Positions 12,430 through 24,409 of a stretch of 58,799 nt of DNA are shown here, piece after piece. Made by a program: the position numbers and the translations under genes. Positions within the stretch are counted from its first letter, which is position 1. The number at the start of each line of letters is the position of its first letter. Below the pieces are notes generated by a model. It had not been told where the DNA came from. It made no database searches and saw only the letters and a program-made list of their open reading frames with translations. This stretch comes from Bigelowiella natans CCMP2755. Taxonomy: Eukaryota; Protista; Cercozoa. The stretch is taken from contig ADNK01003420.1 of assembly GCA_000320545.1 (NCBI GenBank), positions 1-58,799 of the forward strand. Reading direction: 5' to 3'.

Positions 12430-13895
12430 CCCATGCATGCTCACACGTATGACCCATGCAGGTGTTCGAAAGAAGTAATACTTCCTTGACCTCATACAAA
12501 ACAATTAATGTGGACGCATTCCATGGCATTTGTCACATTTGTTGCACAAAAAGCAGCGCACAACAAGCTGGCCTGTTCTTCGGAATCCAGGAAACTTTGG
12601 GTCCCGATTTGTCTCCGCCATGTCGTCCGTCCAATCAACTTTCGCAGGTGATCAGTTGATTGGGGAGGTCACGGATGACTGAGCGTGACTGCGGATCCTT
12701 TCAACAGCACCTGTTGAATCGCTTCAATCGTTCATTCATTCATTCATTCAAGTGCTGTGACCGGTGTGAACACAAACCCTCAATGCTCTGCAACTTCCAG
12801 TCTTGGCAACGCTGGAGCGTGCATGCAGTCCCACACGTGCTTCTCATTGCTTGGGCTTGGGTTCATGTGCGCATCGCTAGATCGTGCCAGCCTGTTGACG
12901 ATGCAAGTGATGTCTGGTCTGCACGTGCACTGAGCGCACATCAACGCTCCAATTGGCTCCCTGCAGTTGCAGACTTGACTTTCACCTTTGTTTTTGGAAA
13001 GAACGACGTCAGTCAGAGTTGGTGTGCAGGTGTTGCTTTGACACTGGAACCAGCACACCCAAACCTCTCAAGCACCGCCTTGACATGGGCCAGACTTGAG
13101 ATGTGAACTTCATCCTTGTTCACTTCAATCTTGAGTCCCAGTGCATGTCACCAAGACAGCGTCTCCATTTTGACCTCCAGCTGGCCAGACCTTGAAGCTC
13201 TTCTAGCTCTTACTCGTGCGCGTTACCACTGTTATGATTCTACCATCAACGTGCAGCAACGTGATGATGGCCGGCGAAGTCTTTGTTCCACGTCGAGCAC
13301 AACAGCTAGACAAGACAGGCAGGCTAGCAGGGAACAGCTAGATTGACACTCCTCTCTGCGTTGGCTCTAGCCGCACAGCCAGCACGAGCAACTGCACAAA
13401 CGCATCGTTGTTGCCACACCTAGACATCTAGACATGGCGGCAACAAGATGCAGCAGATACTGCATATTGCATGTCTATCATTGTGTGATGCATGCAGCAC
13501 ATGCAGACGTGCACTCGTCAACATGCACAACTGCGATCACTGTGATTTGTCACTTGTCTGGATCACACAAATGAGCAATCCAGGTTCGCTTTGAGATCAG
13601 AGGCGTGTTGCAATGCAGCAAGTTGGTCCTCATCATTGTGCATGGAACATGCCATTGAGTGCAATGGTGAACGGTGGTGTAATCGCTAGACCGCCACGTG
13701 CTCAAACTTTGACAGCTGCTCATATCGGTCGCACATTGCTAGATTGTCATTGGAAGGTGTAATGCACAATGCGTGCAGTGTGCTGATTGCCAACACACGT
13801 GCATGGTGTGCATGTGCATGCTTGTGACTGTTACACTAGAATTTGCAACGTGGAGGAATCGTTAAGGTTTAGAATAGGCATCTAGCTAGCTAGAG
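12430..13895. other. Strong TpA-depleted island
   Basis: By eye, the only TA between about 12510 and 13205 is inside CTAG. The island ends in ctagctagctag at about 13882-13893. Confidence 0.9.
12510..13200 (-). mobile_element. Decayed Ty1/Copia LTR-retrotransposon fragment (RT C-terminus and start of RNase H)
   Basis: Minus-strand frames read HALGLKIEVNKDEVHISSLAHVKAVLERFGC...ATP, then (frameshift) NCREPIGALMCAQCTCRPDITCIVNRLAR, then VDWTDD...VSWIPK. These match the Copia pattern YFLG.EI...I.LSQ..Y...L.RFG...TP / YR..IG.LMY....RPDI.YAV..L.R / DADWAGD...SW.SKKQ. Stops and frameshifts are present. Confidence 0.85.
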
Positions 13896-13994
13896 GGAGG
13901 ATCAATGATCTTTTTTTTCTATACAATGATTTATCTGTTCATCCTATTAACTATTTTGTACGACGGCCATCCTAATCTTCTAGTGACATTGTTA

Positions 13995-16014
13995 TTATAG
14001 TCTTCCAGTTATCGTCCACAAAGTGATGAAGTGCCAACGAGACATAAGCATGCTTGTATACATTCGGGCAATATGAATTTCACCCCCAACATTGACTCTA
14101 ACATCCTGGTAAAAAGTCTCCATTCCACCTTTCTGACATTGGATAACTCGTTTCTTCAAATCTAATACATCGATCCCCTCCATGAAGCTCAACACATTGA
14201 GATATCCCTGGCCTTCTACTTTGAATAGTTTTCGAAATGACAGGTTGCCTAGCAATAGCATTCGCTTGGAATCGAGCAACGTAAGAGGCTTGGTCATTAC
14301 CACACTTTCATGCATCGATGTGAATGGATTACTCGTCAGCGTCATTATCGGTTTCATCTCAGAAGACGATTTTTGCTGCGGTTGTGACACTATCTTCATA
14401 TTGTGCTGTTGTTGTTGTTGTTGCTGCTGCTTCTGCTGCTGTTGCTGACTAATTCCTCCCCTTTCAATGCAATTGAGTGCATTCTGCAGGATGCTGGCTT
14501 TATCTGCACCAGAACATCCACAAGCTTCTGCAAGTCTCTTAAATAAATTACTTATTCTCTTCCTACGCCTGTCTTCAACTTTCTTATGCTTTTGTCTTCG
14601 TATCATGATTTCTTTTTTGCTCAAGTGCTTCTTCTTCCTGCATGTATATCAAATATATTACATATTTGTTGTTGTTCATATTATCTTATCATTTTAGAAG
14701 TATTATTGCCAATAACATCTACGGACATTTTTACCTTTTCGACCCCGAATAAGTTGTCCTCACTGACATTGCGGTCTCACTCTGCTGCCGGGAAGCAACA
14801 GCATCTGGATTCCCAAAAAGCAACCTACTGCTTAATTCCCCGAGAGCTGCTGGAGCAGATGCTAGGGATGAGAATCCTCCTCCAGGTGCCGAAGCTAATG
14901 AGTCGTGGAGAATCTGACGAGCTTGTAGCATTTGGTGGTCCTCATTGCTGCTTGTATGTGTAGTAGTAGTTCCATTATTATTAGCACTAACCCCACCCCT
15001 TGTCAGATTGTAAGACATGGTCGATGAAGCAAGATTATCATTTTTTAGGAAGGAACTAAACGGAGCTCCCAAGGGAAGTTGGAGCGGAATAGCAGCAGCT
15101 GCTTTCCCAGGATGATGATTGTACATCTTATTCCCTACTACTACTCCTTTACTTCCCTTCCCGTCAATATCATTAGACCCATCTTTTGTAGTTTCCTCCG
15201 GTTTGTTACGTCGTAACAGATGTTCTAATACTATAGGGGCAGCTGGAGGAGGTGGAGAAATTATAGCAGTAGTAGGGCTGCCTAAATCAGCAGTAATGGA
15301 AGCAGGAGCAGCAGTAGTAGTTGGTGCAGTACTAGATGGGATTGTAGACGATCTTGATGGCAACACAGGAGGGCGTGTTGATGCAACAGCTGGTGTTTTC
15401 ATCATCAAGCTAGTTACATTTGCAGTGAATGGTGTAAGCTGCGGTTCACCAGCGCTACTGCTATTATCGATCACTTCTGGTAATGGGACAGAGGGAGGGA
15501 TTGGCGAGCTGACACTAGCACCATCTTCACCTACTTTCTTCGTATAGTCTAGTGGTGAGATGGCAATATTCTGCTGCCCGGTAGCAGCAATACCTACGTT
15601 GTCAAAGTATGCAGTTAAGATTTAGTGCTTTCCTATTATTCCGGAATGGTTTAGGATGGTTAGGCAGAAATTAATGATACCTTTCTGACCACTATGACCA
15701 TCGAGTTTATCATTGAGATGATATCCGTTTGGAGGAGGTATCATGCCCAAAATAGCATTTGATTGCATTCTATTCTGCGGCAATTGAGGGATTCCGAGTG
15801 GAGCAGGTGGGATTTGGATATCATCAAAATTGCTGCTTCCTTTGGTTCCCTTCTTTTCATTACCTACATCAAAGGCAGGTCTATTAGAAACTACGGACGG
15901 TTTGCGCGAGAAAATGAATCAACAACTTTCAGAGATTGTATCTTGCAGAGTAGTATTCGGGAATGATGGCGAACTCATTGAGAGGGGGTTATTATCTTTG
16001 AGGAACTCCATCAT
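13995..16014 (-). CDS. bHLH transcription factor with a C-terminal PAS-like domain (at least 4 exons; 5' end uncertain, may extend to about 16450)
   Basis: Last exon has KHKKVEDRRRKRISNLFKRLAEACGCSGADKASILQNALNCIE (bHLH), poly-Q, then KPLTLLDSKRMLLLGNLSFRKLF...NVLSFM (PAS-like). In-frame splices SKR|KKKH, QK|GIA and SES|NEK link it to upstream low-complexity exons. Confidence 0.8.
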
Positions 16015-16768
16015 TTTTCCTACGATAGAAACAATTCTCAGAGATAAAAATCTAAAATTTGATGACGGATTGCCTTCTTCACATTTACTGTACTCAATTA
16101 TTCTATTTTGTTCCCTTCTTGTTTGGTCATTATTCTCGTTCTAATGGCTGTTCTTTTCGATCTCGCACTTGTGATGATCGACTCTCCTCTTGGAACACTC
16201 TCGCCTGCGTCTAAAATAGGATGTCTACTTACTCCTCTCGGCCTTTGCTCCTCTATCTTAGTTCTTCCTTCCCTTCTTCGTCCCCTTACTTCTCTAACGT
16301 GATCCTCCTCCTCCCTCCTTTGCCTTCTTCCTCTTCTTGTTATCACAGTAAACTTCTTGGTGGTGAAGGATGATTTTTGGTCATTTTTATTGTTGTCATT
16401 GTTGTTGTTATTATTGTTGTTATCATAGGTTCGATGAAGTTGTTGCAACTGTTGTTGCTATCATCGTTGCAGTTTGGTCAGATGATAGTAAATTAAACAA
16501 AAAAGAGAAAATTGATATGTCGTAATAGAAAGAAAGATCCCTTTTCAAAGCAGTAGGCACGTTACTAACAAGATTAATTACTACAATTATATTGTCGCAG
16601 CAATTCAAACTACTAACTTCCTCGGCATTACTCGACTGAAATAATGATAATTTAAGACATAAATACAGTGCTCGTGCCTCTTTCTCATTTCTGAATTCAG
16701 ATTTCTTTTTCGTTCCGAAAAAATGATGGTGGTCGGGTATTATTAATTGAACAGAACACGGGAAGGCC

Positions 16769-17473
16769 ATGACGGAAAACAACGGCGGTGCTATCGAAAG
16801 GGGAAACGAAAAAAAACGTTTGCATCAAAAGAATCCTTGGAGTGAAGCTAGTACTGAGTGGGCCCTACGGTATGAGGCTCTACTGGAAAGCACAGACGAT
16901 GATGACAACGAAGACAAAAGGATAGACCAACTTATGGCGATGAAGGCCGAAATTGACAAGGCAATCGCTCGCAATGCAAAAGGGATCGTGGACGAGAACT
17001 TCGGCGCTTGGATAAGTGCAGGTTGTTCCATAACTTTATGAAATGTGCGGGCGTGAAGGCAGCAGCCTTTTCTTCTCAAATGTAACAGCAGGTTTGATTC
17101 TTATTCTATAGGCAATCTAAAAGCCAAAGGACATCAAAATTTTTTCGAGAGTTCAATTGGTAACAAGGCTCGTAGATATAAGCCCATATCGGGAGCTGGA
17201 TTTGCTGGCGGGGAAAAATGTACAAAATCAATTTTCAACTGAACAACCTTGTTTTCCGATTAAATTTGTCAAAACCTCTGCAGTTATTTGCGAAGGAATC
17301 CTATTTAAACTTGCAACCGACCCCAAGCTAAAAGGAGGGAAATACTTGTACGGCGGATATAAACCGAATCTAGAGAGGGCAGCAAAAGCTGCGGCAGGGG
17401 AGTTACATGGTGCCAATGCTTTCCTTGCGGTAGGTTGTGAATGGGATCAACAAGAGCTCAATTAGTTGATAAC

Positions 17474-17504
<31 letters not shown>

Positions 17505-20500
17505 TGAAAACCAATTTTAAGAATGATGCATATTTGGGATATCATCATTCAGCATTGGTATCTCTACTAGTACTCACACTAATATTGCACAATAAATGCA
17601 TGTTTGTTGCTGCATGGACAGCACTTTCTCAAGAATAGAGTGCCCATCCAAGTGCCGATTATAACTATCATTGACTACCGTGGCTTTCGTAAGTGTCCTC
17701 AACGCAGCGATTATCATTTCCAAAAGCATCATGTTATCATTCATTTCATCGACGCGTTGAACGAATAACCCGAGTAGTGAGCTCTCATCAAAATATTTGT
17801 CGTAATATATAGCATGATGGCAAATTAGTAGTAGTCGTAGTTGCAGTCGTAGTTGTAGTAGTTGTTCTCCTACCTCCTGGTTTGTTTACATGTATTCTTG
17901 TATGTAATTGTTTGTATCAGTATGTATGTTTATGTATTCTTGTATGTATGTACTATCTATGATATATGTATTGTACCAAAATACCAATTGATTGATTTAC
18001 TATGCAGGTCTTGTCGCAATGCCTGTTTTACCGCTCTTGAACAGCTCAAGGAGCACTGCTGCTGCTACTACTACCACTAGCACTTTAGTTTATGGTTCCC
18101 AGGATGGTGGTGCAACTGTTTTAAATTCAGATACTAAATTTTCATCTTGGATTGAGTCTGCAGCAAAGGCGTACAATCTAGCAGCACATAGGGTCAGGGA
18201 TGTGACACTGTATACCGGAGGCGATGTGGAAGGACATCGGGTGAGTGGTAATACTAATAGTAGTAGTAGCAGCAGCATGAGCAAAGACAAGAAATGTCAA
18301 GATGACAACCACGGAAGGAAAAAGGTGACAAAGAAGGAAAAGCAGGCTGACGACAACGCCAACGAGCGTGAATCTGCTTCGACGAAATACTGTGACGACA
18401 ACGCCAACGAGCGTGAATCTGCTTCGACGAAATACTGTAGTAACGCAAGATGATATCAGTAGTAGTAGCAGTAGTAATAGTAGTATTTGATATAGTGATA
18501 ACAACGGTAAAAGCATATACTTTGAGAAGTGTTGTAGGTTAGGGAGTAGTACAATGCAAGAAATCATGTAGTATTCAAAAGTAGTAGTATTTAAGACGAC
18601 GGTCAGGTAGGTAACAGTTTTATAACCTTATGACTATGATCAATAATGAATGGATCGTAGTGTCTTTATTGATTTATTCGTTTATTAATGTATTTCTCTA
18701 GCAACAATAATCAATACGTCGTTATCATTATCAATCATTCATAATGATGGTAATCAGATCTACTGGATCTTGCTCGATGGGCTCCCCCCGAGTCACCTTT
18801 AGATACCTCCCATTTGCCTTCTACCAATGATGGGTTAACCTTAATATATAGCATGATGACAATTAGTAGTAGTCGTAGTTGTAGTAGTAGTTGTAGTAGT
18901 AGTTGTAGTAGTTGTTGTCCTAAGTAGTATGATTTGTATACATGTATTCTTGTATGTAATTGTTTGTATCAGTATGTATGTTCATGTATTCTTGTATATA
19001 TTTGTTTGAATCAGTGTGTATGTTAAGATGCTGATGATTTTTCACCACCATCTATGAAAATACATTGTTGTTGTTAAAAATTAATTAAATAATTAACATA
19101 TAATGGGGATACATAATGAGGAGGACTACTAGGCGTAGTATCTCATGTACTACATTGATAGTAATTACTACCTCGAAGAAGAAATCTATAATTCATCGCA
19201 ACATATTATCATCCCGTTCTCTCCTTGCCCCTCCCCCCCCCCCCCTCCTCCTCCTCCTCCTCTCCTTCTCCAAAAACGTAATTCAAATTCCATCATTCTC
19301 CTTCAGATCATCAATCTTCTTTCGAATGCTCCGACCAGAGTTTTTGAAAAGATGTCAAAATGAGGAACACGTACTGCTACTTCCACCTTTGAGCTCGGAT
19401 ACATTCTCAGGATGGGGGCGTTGGCAAGATAAATCTCATCAGGTAGTAGTAGGTGCTTATTTGCGCTTTTCTCGTAAGTTGTTCGAATACGTATTGGTTG
19501 TTGTTATTGGTGGTGGAATTTAAAAGTGAGGAGGAGGAAGAGGAGGAGTAGGGTTAGGGTGGTATTTAAACTGCAATGGTTCTTTGTGATAGAATACATC
19601 ATTTTCATTATCACCATCACCACCACGCATATAAAGTATCTAATCACTGAATAATCATCTTCTTCCTTTTTGATGCTGCAAACCAATAACGTAGTTATTT
19701 ACTACTAACGTAGCACACCTTTTTGATGCTGCAAACCAGTAACGTATTTATATACTAACGTATCACACCTTTCGCACTATTATTCTATATGATGCTGCCT
19801 CCTCAATCAATCACCACCAATTACGTACCACTTACTATGCTTGTTATTCTTCCTTCTCCTCCTCCTCCTCCTCCTTGAACCACTTTTTTATTATTGTTAT
19901 TTTGAAAGCGAAATCTTGAGATTGCTACCCATTGTCTCTGCACACGGATCGTGAAAGAAGTTGCTCAGATCCTCGTAGATGAAGCAGACATCTTCAGAGA
20001 GGAGGCCCTTCCACCTCCTAATTCAACGGATATTTCTATTATCAAGTTTCCAGACACTATTGATGTTGCTGGAATAGCTCATCAACGGGGTTTACCAGTT
20101 AGACACTTAGGACTCGTATGGAGACAATACTTCACTTGTAGGAAGGCGTATGCAGCTTCCGGAGGTGATGATAGATGCTGAGTAATAAGTGATAATAGTG
20201 ACGATGATGATCGTTTCAGTAGAAAAGAATCTTGACCATAATTGATGAGCAAGAAATTGACTAGTCGAAATATATCTGCAGCTGTTGTAATGATGATTTC
20301 TTGGTGCTGATGACTACTTTTTTTGTTCATGCTAAAACCTGCACACCCTCTTTTATTGTTATAGCAAAGACAATATCTCTTTTTCTTAGGGAAATATCAT
20401 TCTGCCGTTGTGAGCCGCATCCTAGCTGAGATGATCTCTAGAAGTATAAAGCACATGCTACGCACAAGGGTCCTCAGAGCTGCATATACTACAGCGGAGC

Positions 20501-23500
20501 TGCCTTTGGCCCTTTCCTCTTTTCTCACTTCCCTTATTAGCAAGCATAAAGATGGTACAATAAGAGAATATGAAGGACGAATGGAAGAGGGAAAAGATGG
20601 AAAAGATGGAAAAGAAACCAGCTTGCCAACAGAAAATAGAGAACAAAACCTAACGCCTGAAAATACTAACAACTTTTTCGATGACCTCAAGCAAGATATT
20701 TTTATGAACTTTGGTGTATCAAAATTCTTTCTCAGAAGCCATGAGTGGCGTGATCTTGTGCACCAAAAAAGCAGGATTAGAGCGGGTTTATTGAAATTGA
20801 CAAATAGCCAGGCGCTAAAAGCAATCGAGAGACTCCCTATACCAGAGCACATGACGATCTCCGAGAGAGTCAATGAAATACTTCACCATATTGACATTTC
20901 CTGCGTAAATTGCAAAGTAAATAACCCGGGAAAATATAGATGGAATCGTTTTAGGCTGGATTCAGCGTCACGAAATGTATTGTCTTCATGGAATAAGTTG
21001 GATCGAAAAGAGCAGGACTCCATCAATTTCGCAATATCTCGTCCACCACCACCACCACCACCTTGTGATGATGATGATAAGGCATCTAACAGCAGCAGAC
21101 ATCACTTAAACAAGAAGAGATTAGCAAGACGAGAAGATATGATAGAAGAAATAGCTAAAATTTTTGATCATAAAGAAGTTTTACTGCGTAGTAGTCAGTA
21201 TGAGCACAATAATCGTGAAGAAGTACTAGTAGCAGTTGACGATTATCGTCCTACTAAACGTTGGTCTTCAAATCAAGGACGTTCAGAGTTGCGTCAAGTT
21301 CTATGGCGCTGCCATCTGGAGAGATTCGAAAATAATCACGACATCATGTCCTGGGCAACAATGTTCAGCATAACACCGGGATGCTCTGCATTTCATTCAT
21401 TTATCGACAGGGAAGAACAGCGTCGTGATTCTGACGGTGATTTACAGCAGCATATGCGAAAGCATTTCCCGTATGTTCTTAGCACTGTATTCTCTGCGAC
21501 TGGCATCGAGTTGCCAACGCCTCTCTACCTACGATTATGCACATGGTCAAAAAGCAACATACCTCCAGCACCAGTTCAATTAAAAGAACTCAACGGAGAA
21601 AATGGTTGTCTTCTTCAGCTTCCCTTAAGATGTAAGCATATGAATCTCATGCTAATTGCCGCTCTTAAATATCATATGCGAAAAGCAGGAAGAATGTTGA
21701 GTAAAGACATAATTGTTTCTTCTATCCGTACTGGTACTAACCAGAGTTCGTTAAAAAGCGGTAGTGACGGGAAATATAACAAACGCAACAGTTATCATTA
21801 CTACGGTGACCTTCCCTCTGCAGATATGAAGGGAGAGGGGCAGCCCCCCTCCTCATCCTCCTCCTCTTCCTTCTTTTTCTGTCATTCATTGCTGTATAAA
21901 ATAGTACAAGACGATGTGAAACCTGCATTAAATATACTTGAAAGGCTAGTACGATCTGGAGGCCTTGGACTTGAAATACCTGTTGCTGCAGCATCATATA
22001 TCAAACACACTCTAGAAACTATTCGTGATCTCGGGGAGGAACAACAGCAACTACAAGATCAATATGACGAAGAAGCAGAAGAAGATGATGATCACGACGA
22101 CGACGACCTGAGTAGTAGTGATCTTGGACTAAAAAAGCAGCAGCTGAGCACGCAGCGACGACAAGTTGGAGAACAAAATGAAGAAGAAGAAGTAGAGGCA
22201 ACCCAAATGCAGAATATAAATATAGCGAATTGTTCATTCGCTAGTGGCCACAGAAAGGACGACAGTAGCTTTGCAAAGTATCAGTGTACGGTTGACGTGA
22301 CTTATTTGTATTTGAGAAGTAGTGTGCTCACTCCTTCTCCTCATTCACCTCTAGAAATAAAAAATACGAGAACTAGATACCATTATCTTTGTTCTCTAGA
22401 TGAGAAGAGATCGTCGTTACCAAAACTACGACAACCATTAGCAGCACCACTATCTTCATCATCATCTTCTTCTTCTTCATCATCAATGTACAGATCTATA
22501 ACTAAATTTATGAAAGTCCTTATTGATTCTGTGACTATAAGTCTACGGAGACATTTGCGTTATCTGAACCTAAGTGACAAGTGCATTCATGTCTTACCCG
22601 AGACTTTTCTTTCATCATCGGACCATGATGATATGTTGTCGACATCACCTTTATTATCATCATCATCATCTTCGTCCTCTTACTACTCCTCTGCGCTTAC
22701 CGAACTGATATTGGATCGAAATGATCTAGTCTCCCTGCCGTCGATGATGTTGCAAAATCTACTTAATTTGAGCAGTCTCTCCATTGAAAGCAATAACTTA
22801 AGATATATCCCACGCGAAATAGGGAACCTGAAGCTACTTATCAAACTAAATGTGAAGAAGAACAAGTTGATTAGCCTACCTGATGAGTTAGCAACGTTGA
22901 ACAATTTACGTGTCTTAGACGTCAGCTATAACAATTTGGGAAGTGTCCCGTGCGGATTTGTAGATCTTTCGAATGTCCACCATTTTAATATGTCGCATAA
23001 TCAAATCAGCGAGTTGCCAGCCGGTGTACAGAATCATCTTTTAATAAACATTATCGACTTTCATCTTTCCGGAAACCCATTGTGTAAACTACCATCCTTA
23101 CCAAGAAAGAGTTGTATGACGGTCCGCAAATATGACAATCGACAAGATTGGCTGCAACATCTACAAATACTAGAGACTGAGAAGTGCGGCCTGAAAAATA
23201 TTCCAGAGGAGTGGATTTGTGATATCAAATCTCTGAAAATTTTGAATTTAAGTACGTGAGGCAATGATTCATGTGAAGTGATAATGTCATCTAATTACTC
23301 AATACAGTAAATTAAAATTTGTGAATAGAGAATGATTATGGTGTAGGTTGATGATTCGTAAATATTGTTCTTTAAATTTCTCTGTTGTCCACACTTATAT
23401 TATCACTACCAGTATTTTTAATCGATAAATCGATAAATCGTCATAAGTTCTGATCACCACATTGTCATTATTTTTCTCTGGCATCTTCAGGCCAAAATTC

Positions 23501-24386
23501 CATTGCTTCACTTCCAAAGAACTTCGGAGAGGGAAATTCACAATTGAGAATTCTTAATCTGAGCGACAACGTACTTGAGGCTATCCCACATAAAATAGAG
23601 GGTCTACTCAGTTTAATTGAATTGAATGTTGGAATGAATCAGTTGAAAAGTATTCCCAGCACCATTTCAAAGCTGGTCGGTCTAAAAATAGTAAACATTT
23701 CATGTAATAAACTCTCATCCCTACCAGCTGAGATAGGAACACTTACAGAACTTCAAGAATTATCGTTAAGCCACAACAGCATCAAGTCATTACCCCCATC
23801 CATCGGTCAATTACGGGCTCTTCGAAAGTTGAACCTGGGTACAAATCAATTAGAATCGCTTCCAACAGAAATTGGGTGTCTTCACAAGATAGAAAAGCTT
23901 TTAGCTCATGACAATTGCATGGTCTCCTTACCAGAGTCCTTACCAAACTTGCAAATGCTCAGGGTACTATATGCCTCTAACAACTTAATTAGTAAGCTAG
24001 ACGATGGTATCGGCGGCCTCAAAGCATTAGAAGAGTTGTATCTCAACAAAAACAAATTGATTTCGCTCCCTGAAACCATAGGACAATTACTAACTTTACA
24101 CACAATTCAATTAAGTGAAAATCAACTCGTGAGCTTGCCAAGTTCTTTCGCAAAGCTAAAGAAGGTTTCCTCAGTAGACTTCCGACAAAACAAGTTGAGA
24201 TCAATCCCCGAGGAAATGGCAAATATGTCTTTCTGGTGTCCATCCAGACAATTTGTGCTTCATGAAAACCTTTTCCAGACATTGCCAAAAAAACTATGGG
24301 ACAAAATCAAAGCACATCGCAAAGGGCCCCTGAGAGGCATTCAAACAGAACTCGGAGCATATATTAAGCAAACACAGAATTCGTAA
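16769..24386 (+). CDS. Clu (clustered-mitochondria/TIF31-like) domain protein with C-terminal leucine-rich repeats
   Basis: Clu motifs GILFKLATD, AAKAAAGELHG, IIDYRGFR|LVAM..LP, LVYGSQDGG.TV, NLAAH, DVEGH, YLLDLARWAPPE, FRMLRPEF, PLSSD.FS, HQRGLPVRHLGLV, AEMISRSIKHMLR. These are followed by many LxxLxLxxNxLxxLP repeats (about 22550-23250 and 23491-24386). Confidence 0.88.
18348..18438 (+). repeat. 45-bp perfect tandem duplication (DDNANERESASTKYC x2) at an exon end
   Basis: tgacgacaacgccaacgagcgtgaatctgcttcgacgaaatactg occurs at 18348 and 18393. Confidence 0.95.
19665..19772 (+). repeat. Intronic tandem duplication of about 50 bp
   Basis: ctttttgatgctgcaaacca(a/g)taacgta...tactaacgta(g/t)cacac occurs twice. 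Confidence 0.8.
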
Positions 24387-24409
24387 TGGTCGTTACAATG
24401 CTTGAAGTA

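Noticed and set aside
12660-13106. 148-aa plus-strand ORF and other C/H-rich ORFs in islands (41628-41956, 47497-47850, 56465-57134)
   Set aside because: They are by-products of stop-codon loss in TA-free DNA. The first is antisense to the Copia relic, and none has recognisable domains.
12430-13895. CpG-methylation decay or classical RIP as the cause of TG/CA richness
   Set aside because: CG remains common and TA, the end product of both processes, is what is missing. Conserved Tyr codons changed away from TA.
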